The notes beneath the pieces were generated by a model. The model did not search any database. It was not told where the DNA came from and worked only from the letters and a program-made list of their open reading frames with translations. A program made the position numbers and the translations under genes. 64,000 nucleotides of DNA from an uncultured Gemmatimonadales bacterium (lineage in GTDB: Bacteria; Gemmatimonadota; Gemmatimonadetes; Gemmatimonadales; GWC2-71-9), in NCBI GenBank assembly GCA_963695555.1, contig CAVOGR010000001.1, positions 160,001-224,000 of the forward strand. The letters are read 5' to 3'. Below, in pieces: positions 30,342 through 39,893 of the stretch (position 1 is its first letter; each line of letters starts with the position of its first letter).

Positions 30342-30748
30342 GCATTCTCGGCGTTGGCGTCGATCTGATCGACTTGACGCGAGCCGAACGGCTGCTCCAT
30401 CGGAAAGGGCAGCAGGCAGTGCGCCGGCTCCTGACGGAGGCCGAGCATCGTTCGATCCAGAATCGAACGCCATTTGTGCAGCATTTCGCCTCCCGCCTAG
30501 CGGCGAAAGAGGCCGTGTACAAAGCACTCCAATGCCTTCCGGGTGCTCGCGGTATCGGGTGGCGGGACATCGAGGTCGAACGGGGGGACGACGGGCGACC
30601 AACGGTCCGGCTGCATGGCACTGCCGCCCAGGTCCTCGCGACCCAGCCACACGCGCGCATTCATCTTGCCTTGAGCCACTCGGCGCTGACCGCCGGCGCC
30701 GTCGCGGTGCTCGAGGCTCGCCCGGCGCACCAGGGCACGCCCGCCTGA
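30338..30748 (+). CDS. acpS: Holo-[acyl-carrier-protein] synthase
   Basis: ILGVGVDL, RLAAKEAVYKAL, GRP, LALSHS. Confidence 0.93.
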   Translation: MSILGVGVDLIDLTRAERLLHRKGQQAVRRLLTEAEHRSIQNRTPFVQHFASRLAAKEAVYKALQCLPGARGIGWRDIEVERGDDGRPTVRLHGTAAQVLATQPHARIHLALSHSALTAGAVAVLEARPAHQGTPA

Positions 30749-30809
30749 CCACTTCCAATCCCGACAGATTCAGTCTACTTTCGGCGCTACGTCACCGAGT
30801 GGATCGAGC

Positions 30810-32927
30810 ATGTCTTTTCTCGTTGGGATCGTGCGACCCCTGTTTCAGGTCGCGCTGGCAGTCTCCGTTCAACAACAGGGCGCGTCGGATCCCGCGCCGA
30901 TCGTTCGCCGCATGGCCGCCACGGCCGCCCTCGCTGCGCAGGAATACCGCGCGGGGGTGTCTGAGGGCAGAATCGTCGCCCCGCCGGAAGTGGAGGAGGC
31001 CCTGCTGTTCCTGAAGGAGGCGCGCCGGACTGCGGAGCAGCTTCCTGCCGAGTGGAATCGGCGAAGTGGTGAGGCCTTAGATGAGATCATCAGGCTCGTG
31101 GCTACGACCCAGGAGCCCGATTCCGTCAGCGAGCGGGTCCGACGCCTGAACCAGAGGTTGTCGCAGGACTTCGGTGTTGATTTGGACGAAATCCCATTGG
31201 CGGCTCCGACCCTTGCCGCCGGGGTACGGGTCTACCAGGACAATTGTGCCGGCTGTCATGGGATGCTCGGCGGCGGAGACGGCCCCGAGGCGCAGGGCTT
31301 GGATCCGGCGCCCGCCAATCTTACGGATTGGGATGCGTTGCGCGATCGCTCGCCGCTCGACTACTACCGGCGGGTGACACTTGGTGTTGCAGGCACGGCC
31401 ATGCCTGCGTTCGAGACCAGACTTTCCCTCGACGATCGATGGGCCGTCGCCGCCTATGTCACGCGTTTCCGTCTGCCACCTCCGGGCGGCAACGAGGCGA
31501 GCGCTCTCCGCTCCTTCCCGACCTCTGCGCGCATGAGCGATATCGAGATCCTCGCGGCGCTGGGTATCGACAGCGCGGCTCCGTCTCCGGAAGCTCTCGT
31601 CCGCGTTGCCGCCGTCCGGGACCTTCCTGCGCACCAGGCCGATCGCCACGCAGTTCGCGCGGCGTTCAACCTCGTGCGCGCTCGCACGGATAGTGCGCTT
31701 GCCTTGGCAGTGCGTGGCGAGGCAGAAGCCGCCCGGGCTCTGGCGTTCGACGCGTACCTTGCCTTTGAGGGCGTCGAACGGACACTTCGCGCCCGGGACC
31801 CGTCGCTCGCGGGAGGACTGGAGACCACCTTCGCCACCTTCCGCGGGCGGATCGGCGGAGCTTTGCCAGCCGAACTCGAGGCGATTCGGACCGAGCTCGT
31901 CACGGGACTCGACCAGGGAGAACGCGAGCTGACGACGGCGCTCTCGCCTTTCAACCTGTTCCTCCAGTCGCTGGTGATCCTGCTACGAGAAGGCCTCGAA
32001 GCCATTCTCATCATTGGAGCGTTGATCGCGTTCCTGCTCAAGACCGGCGCGCAAGAACGACGGCGTGACGTGCACATCGGCGTTGGTGCGGCGCTCGTGG
32101 CGAGCGTCCTGACCGCTGTGGCGCTCGAGACCATCTTCCAGATCTCACGCGCCCATCAGGAGATGCTCGAGGGCTTCACCATGTTGGCGGCCATGGCGGT
32201 GTTGTTCTACGTCAGCTATTGGCTCCTGTCGAAGATGGAGGCCGCCCGCTGGAACCGCTTCGTGAAGGGGAAGGTGCAAGAGGCCGTTGCCGGTGGCTCC
32301 GCCCTCGCCCTTCCGTCGGTGGCGTTCCTCGCGGTCTATCGTGAAGGGTTCGAAACGGTGCTCTTCTACAAGGCACTCGTGGTTTCCGCCGGCACCGGGG
32401 CGCAGACGCTCATGCCGGTGCTCGGAGGGATTGCGACCGGAGCGTTGGCCCTCGCCGCGGTGTACATCGCGATCAATCGCTACGGGGTCCGCATTCCGCT
32501 CAAGCCGTTCTTCGGCATCACGAGTGCCTTCCTGCTCTACATGGCATTCGTCTTTGCCGGGAAGGGCATCGTCGAGCTTCAGGACTCGGGATTGATCGGA
32601 GCCACGATTGTGTCCTGGGCGCCGCGCCTCCCGACCGTTGGCATGTACCCGACCGTCGAATCGCTGGTGCTGCAGGCGTTGCTGGTGCTGCTCGTGTTCG
32701 GCGCCGTCGGTTGGACGTTCGTCCTCGAGCCGAGGCTGTCCCACGCCACAGCTCCTGCTCCAGCCGCCCGAGCCCGGGCGATCGAGGACCGCCCCGCCCC
32801 CGTACCGGCCGATATCGATCTGCTTCGATCGCTGGACCGCATGGACGCCGATCTCGCCGCAGTGCGTGCAGAGCTCGTCCGCATTCGTGATCGTATTGCT
32901 GCTGGATCGTCGGTGCCGCCTCGCTGA
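30810..32927 (+). CDS. Cytochrome c / FTR1 iron permease fusion (PbrT-like)
   Basis: CAGCH heme motif with downstream TAMP; REGLE and REGFE FTR1 motifs in the TM domain. Confidence 0.9.
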   Translation: MSFLVGIVRPLFQVALAVSVQQQGASDPAPIVRRMAATAALAAQEYRAGVSEGRIVAPPEVEEALLFLKEARRTAEQLPAEWNRRSGEALDEIIRLVATTQEPDSVSERVRRLNQRLSQDFGVDLDEIPLAAPTLAAGVRVYQDNCAGCHGMLGGGDGPEAQGLDPAPANLTDWDALRDRSPLDYYRRVTLGVAGTAMPAFETRLSLDDRWAVAAYVTRFRLPPPGGNEASALRSFPTSARMSDIEILAALGIDSAAPSPEALVRVAAVRDLPAHQADRHAVRAAFNLVRARTDSALALAVRGEAEAARALAFDAYLAFEGVERTLRARDPSLAGGLETTFATFRGRIGGALPAELEAIRTELVTGLDQGERELTTALSPFNLFLQSLVILLREGLEAILIIGALIAFLLKTGAQERRRDVHIGVGAALVASVLTAVALETIFQISRAHQEMLEGFTMLAAMAVLFYVSYWLLSKMEAARWNRFVKGKVQEAVAGGSALALPSVAFLAVYREGFETVLFYKALVVSAGTGAQTLMPVLGGIATGALALAAVYIAINRYGVRIPLKPFFGITSAFLLYMAFVFAGKGIVELQDSGLIGATIVSWAPRLPTVGMYPTVESLVLQALLVLLVFGAVGWTFVLEPRLSHATAPAPAARARAIEDRPAPVPADIDLLRSLDRMDADLAAVRAELVRIRDRIAAGSSVPPR

Positions 32928-32940
32928 GCGAGCGGGCCAC

Positions 32941-33774
32941 CTATTTCTTGGCGCGCTTGGTCAGGTAGGGACCGGGCTCCACGGTCTGAGTCTTCCACTG
33001 CGTCAGGAGCACGGCTCCCAGCAGGATGAGGAGCACGCTCATGCCCTGGGCCAGCGTAAACGGGCCGAGGAGGCGATCGTCCTTGGCCCGGAGAAACTCG
33101 ATCAGGACGCGTTCGCTCCCGGCGAACACGAGATAGAGGGCAAACAGCCAGCCCGTTCCCTGCGGACCGCGCCTGAGTCTCCAGAGCAATCCGAAGACCA
33201 CCAACATTATGCCGACCTCATACAATTGGGTCGGATGGACGGCGAGGACGGTTGCCGGATCGAGGCCCGGCGGGGTCGCGATTCCGAACAGGTGTTGGAT
33301 ATTGCCGGCGGTGGACGGCGGCAGGCCTTCGGGAAACCGCATGCCCCAGGCCACATCGGTTGGACGGCCGTAGTCGTCATTGACCAGGAAACAGCCGACC
33401 CGGCCCAGGGCATAGGCCGCCGCCAGCGCCGGCGCGGTCAGCTGCATGGTCCATCGGGCGGGCACCCGGAGGCGCCAGCCATTCAGCAAGAGGGCGGCTG
33501 CTCCACCTACGAATCCCCCATACCAGACAAGCCCACCGCGGGACAGCAGCGCGTCGATATCCTGGGTGAGGGCGACATACCACAGCTTCGCTCCAAGAAT
33601 GCCGCCGATGACGGCGGCCACCGTGATATCGGCGGCGTAGTCCTCATTCCAACCTCGCCGCCTGAGTTCGAGGCTGATGAGCCATCCCCCCGCGAGGAAC
33701 CCCACCATCATCATGATGCCGTACCCGGTGATGGTGATCGGCCCGAAGTGCAGAATGAAGGGATAAACGGTCAT
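32941..33774 (-). CDS. lgt: Prolipoprotein diacylglyceryl transferase
   Basis: GGLVWYGG, LGRVGCF, HPTQLYE, EFLR. Confidence 0.92.
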   Translation of the reverse strand: MTVYPFILHFGPITITGYGIMMMVGFLAGGWLISLELRRRGWNEDYAADITVAAVIGGILGAKLWYVALTQDIDALLSRGGLVWYGGFVGGAAALLLNGWRLRVPARWTMQLTAPALAAAYALGRVGCFLVNDDYGRPTDVAWGMRFPEGLPPSTAGNIQHLFGIATPPGLDPATVLAVHPTQLYEVGIMLVVFGLLWRLRRGPQGTGWLFALYLVFAGSERVLIEFLRAKDDRLLGPFTLAQGMSVLLILLGAVLLTQWKTQTVEPGPYLTKRAKK

Positions 33775-34833
33775 GAGGCGGTCGCAGATGTTGGCTGGGT
33801 ATGGTGGAGCCCCGGGATGGGGAGATCGTCCTCAGGAGTGAGTGACCACGCGCTTCGCTCTCCGCGGGCCAGTCGCCACGCCCCCGCGGCGGCGATCATG
33901 GCTGCATTGTCGGTGTTGAAGCGAGGAGACGCTGCCACGACCGTGGCCTGGCCGGCCAGCCGTTGCCGCATGGCGTCGATCAAGGTCTGATTACACGCCA
34001 CTCCGCCGCCAACCACCACCGTATGGTGATCGTAGCGCTGAGCCGCGTGCGCGGTCTTTTCCACCAACACCTCGATGACCGCATCTTGGAAACCCCGGGC
34101 GATATCGGCGCGCGCGGCGTCCACATCCTCGATCCCGCCGATGGCGCGCACGACCGCCGTCTTCAGTCCGCTGAATGAAAACGCGTATTGATCCCGATCG
34201 GATGCGAGGTCGCGCAACATGGGCCGGGGAAACACGAACCTGCCCGGCTGTCCTCGTGCGGCCAGCCGTTCGATCACCGGCCCGCCCGGATAGCCGAGCC
34301 CCAGAGCCTTCGCCACCTTATCGAAGGCTTCCCCGGCAGCGTCATCCCGAGTTTCGCCGAGCAGGCAGTAGTCGCCCCAGCGCTCTGACTTCGAGCAACA
34401 TGGTGTGGCCGCCGCTCACCAGCAGGCAGAGAAACGGTGGGACAAGCCCCGGGTGCTCGAGCGTTGCCGCGAAGATATGGCCTTCCATGTGATTCACCCC
34501 GATCAGGGGCACATCGAGGCTATAGGCGAGGGTCTTGCCATACATGACGCCGACCAGGAGGGCGCCGACGAGCCCGGGGCCGGCCGTCACTGCGACGCCG
34601 CCGAGATCGTCGAGGCCGGTCTCGGCTTCGCGCAAGGCCTGATTGACCACCGCACCCATGGTCTTCAAGTGTTCCCGGCTGGCCAGCTCAGGGACCACTC
34701 CACCAAAGACGCGATGGATGTCTTGTGACAGGATGACCAGGCTCGCGAGGCGCTGCGCCCCGCCCTCCGGACGCAGGACCGCGGCAGAGGTCTCGTCGCA
34801 CGACGTCTCAATGCCGAGTATCGGGGCTGCCAC
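33771..34833 (-). CDS. tsaD: tRNA N6-threonylcarbamoyltransferase TsaD (frameshift near 34380)
   Basis: LGIETSCDET, VVPELASREH, HMEGH, VSGGHT; continues in a second frame with DDAAGEAFDK, FSFSGLKT, TDNAAMIA. Confidence 0.92.
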
Positions 34834-34865
34834 GGGTGGGGTCGGCTTTCCGGGAGGCGGCAGGA

Positions 34866-35429
34866 TCAGCCCGGCGTCGGTGCGGGGTCCGGCCCGCCAG
34901 CGAGCAGGCGCTCGATACGGTCCCGGTTGATTTGGGAGTTCCAGTCCTCCCGTCCGATGATGCGTCGCGTGATGACGCCGTTCTTATCCAACAAGAAACT
35001 CTCCGGCACGCCGGTCGTCTGAAATGCCTGCTGAATTCGGGTGGACGGGTCATGGAGAATATCGAACTCGAGCCCCAGCTCAGTCGCGAAGGCCCGGACC
35101 GGGCCGCTGCTGCCCTCATCGATGCTCACGGCCGCGATCTTGAAACCGCGTGGAGCAAGTTGTTCGTACACCGCTTGCATGTCGGGCATCTCGGTTCGGC
35201 ACGGAACGCACCACGTTGCCCAAATATTGACCAACGTGACGTGGCCCGCGTATCGCTCCCGCAGTGACACGGTATCACCCGTGGCGAGGTCGACCACCCT
35301 GAAGTCCGGTGCGGCCACGCCGGGCCTGATTTGGTCGATGCCTTTCCCGATTCGCACGAGCGCAGTGGCCCCAATCACCAGGCCGATGCCAAGAACCGCT
35401 ACGATCCCCCACTGCCGTTCTCGTGTCAT
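34866..35429 (-). CDS. TlpA/ResA-family thiol:disulfide oxidoreductase
   Basis: N-terminal TM segment, WATWCVPCRTEMP, GVPE; ATGA overlap with rpe. Confidence 0.9.
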   Translation of the reverse strand: MTRERQWGIVAVLGIGLVIGATALVRIGKGIDQIRPGVAAPDFRVVDLATGDTVSLRERYAGHVTLVNIWATWCVPCRTEMPDMQAVYEQLAPRGFKIAAVSIDEGSSGPVRAFATELGLEFDILHDPSTRIQQAFQTTGVPESFLLDKNGVITRRIIGREDWNSQINRDRIERLLAGGPDPAPTPG

Positions 35430-36091
35430 GCTTTGCTCGTGCATTCGGTTTTGAGATCACGCACCGCCTGAGCGGGATCATCCGCTCCAAAGATGGCCGT
35501 GCCTGCGACGAAGGTGTCCGCCCCTGCCTCCCACGCGGTCCGTATCGTAGCCCGCGAAATCCCCCCATCGACTTCGAGACGCGCGCCGGAGCGGTGCGCG
35601 TCGAGCAGCGCCCGCACCCGCCGGATCTTGTCCGTCGAGGCCGGAATGTAGTCCTGCCCGCCGTACCCGGGGTTGACGGTCATGACCAGCACGAGATCCA
35701 CGTCCTCGATGACTTCCTCGAGCAAACTGAGCGGCGTCCCCGGATTCAAGGCAACGCCCGCGAGCATGCCCTGGTTCCGGATCGCCGCCAAGTGGCGCTG
35801 GACGTGGATCGTCGCTTCGGGATGAAGCGTGAAGACACGGGCACCGGCGGCCGCGAATTCCTCAATATAGCGCTCCGGATGTTGCACCATGAGGTGCACA
35901 TCGAGCGGCAGAGCGGTGAGCCGCCCGAGGGCACGGATGATCGGACTCCCGAAGGTAATGGTGGGCGTGAAGTGGCCGTCCATCACGTCCACATGGATCC
36001 AGTCCGCTCCCCCGCGCGTCACCTGGTCGACCTGTTCTCCGAGACGAGCGAGATCGGCAGCCAGGATGCTGGGGGCGATGCAGCTCTTCAT
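35426..36091 (-). CDS. rpe: Ribulose-phosphate 3-epimerase
   Basis: IAPSILAAD, HVDVMDGHF, DVHLM, MTVNPGYGGQ, EVDGG. Confidence 0.96.
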   Translation of the reverse strand: MKSCIAPSILAADLARLGEQVDQVTRGGADWIHVDVMDGHFTPTITFGSPIIRALGRLTALPLDVHLMVQHPERYIEEFAAAGARVFTLHPEATIHVQRHLAAIRNQGMLAGVALNPGTPLSLLEEVIEDVDLVLVMTVNPGYGGQDYIPASTDKIRRVRALLDAHRSGARLEVDGGISRATIRTAWEAGADTFVAGTAIFGADDPAQAVRDLKTECTSKA

Positions 36092-36852
36092 GGACGTCCC
36101 CGTCGCGCAAACACGAGATTTACCCTTCCTCCCTTCGGAGACAACGTCCCCGCAGCCGGGCGTTGATCGATGATTCGGCGCTCGTCAGCATCGGGCACCG
36201 TGCGGGTCGTGACTCGGCCGGCCACGAGACCGGCCAGGTCGAGCCGTTCCCACGCCTCGGCGTGCGTCAGGCCACGGAGATCCGGCACGATGATATTAGC
36301 CGGGCCGCGGCTCACCACCAACGTGAGCGTGGTGCCGGGTCGCCTGGCCACGCCAGCTTGAGGTCGAGTGGCCACGACCGTGCCCGGATCGGCGAGAGCA
36401 GCGATCGAGTCTGAGCGTTCGATGCCGAAGCCCGCCGTTTCGAGCACCAGGCTTGCCAAGGAGGTCTCGAGGCCCACCACGTCGGGGATGGGAGTCGCCG
36501 CGGGCCCCGAACTCACGGTCAGCCACACGAGGGCCCCCTCCGGGAGTGCCAGCCCAGGGGGAGGGTCCTGCCAAATGACGGCGTCGGCCGGGATCGTGGT
36601 GTGAGGTTCCGACTCGGTGACTCGCCCGCGCAGCCCTACCGCCGCCAGGCCGGCCAGCGCATCGCCTCGCGGAAGCTCCAGCACCCGGGGGACCGCCCGC
36701 TCGCCGCTCACCACCGGGGCGGGGAAGAGCCAAATCACGGTCACCAGATAACCAACGACCGCCGCGACCACTACCCACAGGCCATTCATGACCAATCGTC
36801 TGGTCCGCTGCTTCATGCCCGCGGGTGATGGCGTGTGTCGGCGGAACCTCAA
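36088..36852 (-). CDS. Membrane-anchored PASTA-repeat protein (no kinase domain)
   Basis: One TM segment then three VP/IP-D...Q-x-P...VS-x-GP repeats. Confidence 0.85.
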   Translation of the reverse strand: MRFRRHTPSPAGMKQRTRRLVMNGLWVVVAAVVGYLVTVIWLFPAPVVSGERAVPRVLELPRGDALAGLAAVGLRGRVTESEPHTTIPADAVIWQDPPPGLALPEGALVWLTVSSGPAATPIPDVVGLETSLASLVLETAGFGIERSDSIAALADPGTVVATRPQAGVARRPGTTLTLVVSRGPANIIVPDLRGLTHAEAWERLDLAGLVAGRVTTRTVPDADERRIIDQRPAAGTLSPKGGRVNLVFARRGRP

Positions 36853-38168
36853 GTGGCCCGCCTGAGACGGGCGGCAAACGCCCCGTCCATGCCATGAACA
36901 TGGGGCAGGATCTTCAGGTCTCCCGCCGGCGTCAGCATCCCGGTCGGCATCGTGTCAACCGGGTCGCGGTGGAATTCAGGGTGCTCGTCGAGGAAACGCT
37001 CGACTTGATGCTCGTTTTCTTCCGGTTCGAGCGAGCACGTGGCATAGACCAAGCGGCCGCCCGGGCGAACAACGGGCGCGAGTTGCGACAGGAGTCTTTG
37101 CTGGCTGTCCGTCAGACGGGTCAAGGCGCGGGTGGAGAGACGCGCCCGCGCGTCGGGATGTCGCGCCATGGTGCCGGTCGCGAGGCAGGGAGCATCCAAC
37201 AGCACGATATCGGCCGCTGCAAGCGGGGGCTGGCCCGCGTCCGCCCGGATTACCAGCTCCCTGCCGCTGCCCGCTCGACTGAGATTTTGACGCAGGCGCC
37301 GCAGGCGGGTCGGCTCGAGCTCGGTTGCGATGACGAGCCGGGCTCGCCGGCCCAGTGCGATGGCCTTTCCTCCAGGGGCGGCGCAGGCATCGAAGACGAC
37401 GTCGGCCTCGACTGGTCCGACGAACCGTACGACGAGAGCCTGGGCAGGATCCTGAACCTGGAAATCGCCGCTGTCGTACCCCGGGAGATCGGTGGGGCGT
37501 CCCGCCTCGACCACCACGCCGGCTTCGAACGGAGCAGCCCGGAACGGAATTGCCTCGGCGGTCAGCCGGCCGATGATCGCAGGGAGATCTCGGCGCGCTG
37601 GTTGAAGCACGAGAGACGGTCTCGTGTTGTTCCAGTCGAGGAGGCGGGTGGTCTCCTCGAGTCCAAAGCGGCCGATCCATCGGGCGACGAGCCAAGGCGG
37701 ATGTGAGTAGGCCCGGGCCAGGTCGCGGGGTGTGGTTGGGCTGGGCTCGGTTCCTGATTGGAGTGGCAGGCGGCGCAAGACGGCATTCACGAATCCGCCG
37801 GCCCGAGTTCCGCGGAGTTCGGATGCGAGTGATACGGATGTGCTGACGGCGGCGTGCGCGGGGATGCGGTCGAGGCCGGTGAGCTGGTAGGCGCCGAGCC
37901 GCAGGACGTCCTTCAGCACGGGGGCAACGGTTTGCCAACCTCCGGAGACGAGCGGCGCCAATCGCTGATCCAACGGTCCTGTGTGCCGGAGCACGCCGGC
38001 TGCGAGCTCATGTGCCAGGCGGCGATCCGCATCGGCTAAGCGTGCGAAGGCCGCCTCACACGCGGCATCGAAGTTCACTCCTCGGCGTACGCGGTCCAAT
38101 ACCTGGAGGGCGGCTCGGCGCGAAGATAGGCCCGGTGTCTTCGTGGTGGAGCGAGATGGCGGAGTCAC
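36849..38168 (-). CDS. rsmB: 16S rRNA (cytosine967-C5)-methyltransferase RsmB/Sun
   Basis: NusB-like N-terminus, YSHPPW, VQD, DACAAPGGK, DAPC, YATCS. Confidence 0.9.
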   Translation of the reverse strand: MTPPSRSTTKTPGLSSRRAALQVLDRVRRGVNFDAACEAAFARLADADRRLAHELAAGVLRHTGPLDQRLAPLVSGGWQTVAPVLKDVLRLGAYQLTGLDRIPAHAAVSTSVSLASELRGTRAGGFVNAVLRRLPLQSGTEPSPTTPRDLARAYSHPPWLVARWIGRFGLEETTRLLDWNNTRPSLVLQPARRDLPAIIGRLTAEAIPFRAAPFEAGVVVEAGRPTDLPGYDSGDFQVQDPAQALVVRFVGPVEADVVFDACAAPGGKAIALGRRARLVIATELEPTRLRRLRQNLSRAGSGRELVIRADAGQPPLAAADIVLLDAPCLATGTMARHPDARARLSTRALTRLTDSQQRLLSQLAPVVRPGGRLVYATCSLEPEENEHQVERFLDEHPEFHRDPVDTMPTGMLTPAGDLKILPHVHGMDGAFAARLRRAT

Positions 38169-38181
38169 GGCTGGCGAAGGA

Positions 38182-38991
38182 CTACTCGAGCATTCCGCGA
38201 ACGGGGCTCGACGGGGCAGCAATCTCGCGGCGCGGCATCCGGCCAGCGAGGAACGCTTCCCGACCGGCCGCGACGGCCTGGCGCATGGCCTGCGCCATGA
38301 GAACCGGATGCTCCGCCGCGGCGATGGCGGTGTTCATCAGGATGCCGTCCACCCCTTGTTCCATCGTGATGCAGGCATCGGATGCCGTGCCCACGCCGGC
38401 ATCGACGATCACGGGGACCGAAAGCCTGCGCTTGATGGTGCGGATGCTGTATGGGTTGAGTAGCCCCAGCCCGCTTCCGATCGGCGAGGCGAGCGGCATG
38501 ACAGCGGCGGCACCGGCGTCCTCGAGCCTGAGCGCCGTGATCAGGTCTTCATTGGTGTAGGGCAACACCGTGAATCCTTCCTTCACCAAGACCCTGGTCG
38601 CCTCGAGCAAACCTTCGACGTCCGGCAGCAGGGTTTCCTGGTCTCCGATCACTTCGAGCTTGACGAACTCATTGAACCCGGCCTCACGGGCCAGGCGCGC
38701 GTAGCGGATCGCATCGTCGGCGGAGTAACACCCGGCGGTGTTTGCGAGGAGGAACCACCGCGCCGGATCGAGATGGTGCAGCAAACTCTCTTCCTTGGCG
38801 CGATTCAAATCCACCCGTCGCACGGCCACCGTCACCACCTCAGCGCCAGAGGCCTCGATGGCGCGCACCATATCGGCGTTGGACCGGTATTTCCCCGTCC
38901 CAACCAGAAGTCGAGACCGGAAGGTCCGTCCGCCGAGAGTGAGCGGGGTGTCCTCAGCGATGACATCCGTCGAATGCTGGCTCGTGGTCAT
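38182..38991 (-). CDS. thiG: Thiazole synthase
   Basis: [37 protein letters not shown]. Confidence 0.96.
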   Translation of the reverse strand: MTTSQHSTDVIAEDTPLTLGGRTFRSRLLVGTGKYRSNADMVRAIEASGAEVVTVAVRRVDLNRAKEESLLHHLDPARWFLLANTAGCYSADDAIRYARLAREAGFNEFVKLEVIGDQETLLPDVEGLLEATRVLVKEGFTVLPYTNEDLITALRLEDAGAAAVMPLASPIGSGLGLLNPYSIRTIKRRLSVPVIVDAGVGTASDACITMEQGVDGILMNTAIAAAEHPVLMAQAMRQAVAAGREAFLAGRMPRREIAAPSSPVRGMLE

Positions 38992-39063
38992 AACTCGTAC
39001 TCAATCCGTGCAGTGGCGTGAATCGTACGGTCCATGCTCATGTGTTGGCTGAAAGATACCCGC

Positions 39064-39273
39064 TCAGCCACCACCCACGAAGTGGACCACCTCGATCGTG
39101 TCGCCGTTCGCAAGCCATGTTTCCGCGAGGCGGGGGCGACGAATGATCTCGCGGTTCAGTTCCACGACAACGGCCCGCGGATCGAGGTCGAGATGCTGGA
39201 GGAGATCCGTCAACGTGGCCGGATATGGAATCATGCGGCTCTCGCCGTTCACGGTGATCACCAATTCACTCAT
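39064..39273 (-). CDS. thiS: Sulfur carrier protein ThiS
   Basis: VNGE...VELN...EVVHFVGGG C-terminus. Confidence 0.95.
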   Translation of the reverse strand: MSELVITVNGESRMIPYPATLTDLLQHLDLDPRAVVVELNREIIRRPRLAETWLANGDTIEVVHFVGGG

Positions 39274-39893
39274 CAGGCGTCCGCCCATGGTTCGAGCAAC
39301 GCCACGGTTGCGGCGGCGGCGTCGTCGGTGTGCCATACCGCCGAAATAGCCGCGACTCCATAGGCGCCGGCATCGCGCAAGTGTCGGACGCGTGCGGCGG
39401 TGATCCCGCCGATGGCGATGACGGGGATGCCGAGCCGCGCCGTCTGCTCGATGAGGGTCTTTCCCGCGGCCGGCCGGCCGGGATGGGTCGGTGTCTCGAA
39501 GATGCTGCCAACCATCAAGAAGTCGGCGCCCTCACCAACTGCCTGCTCGGCCTCGCTGAGCGTGTGAACCGAGCGTCCAATCCATCCTTCGATCATGACC
39601 ATGCGGGCGTCCGCGGGGGCCAGGTCCTGTTGGCCGAGCTGCACGCCGTGCGCACCCACCGCGCGGGCAATGTCGGGGCGCCCGTTGACGAGGACAGCGG
39701 CTTCCGGCGCCGCGGCATGGGCCATCATGCGCTGAGCCAGGGTGGTGAGCGCCGCTCCGCTCAGGCTCCGGTCCCGCGCGTGAAGCGCGATGGCGGCGCC
39801 CGCCGAGGCAATGGCGGCGAGGCGCACGCCAAACGCAGGATCTGCGATGACCTGGGCGTCGGTGATCGCGTGGAGTCGGGGGAGCGGTCTCAT
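39273..39893 (-). CDS. ThiE/TenI-family protein (TenI-like motifs)
   Basis: LHAITD, HARDR, NGRPDIA, VQL, GRSVH, IAIGGI; upstream of thiS-thiG. Confidence 0.85.
   Translation of the reverse strand: MRPLPRLHAITDAQVIADPAFGVRLAAIASAGAAIALHARDRSLSGAALTTLAQRMMAHAAAPEAAVLVNGRPDIARAVGAHGVQLGQQDLAPADARMVMIEGWIGRSVHTLSEAEQAVGEGADFLMVGSIFETPTHPGRPAAGKTLIEQTARLGIPVIAIGGITAARVRHLRDAGAYGVAAISAVWHTDDAAAATVALLEPWADA

Noticed and set aside
32608..33990. 460-aa plus-strand ORF
   Set aside because: Antisense to lgt; no recognisable domain
38992..39063. Possible TPP riboswitch between thiS and thiG
   Set aside because: Only 72 bp and lacks the CUGAGA and GAACCUGA core motifs
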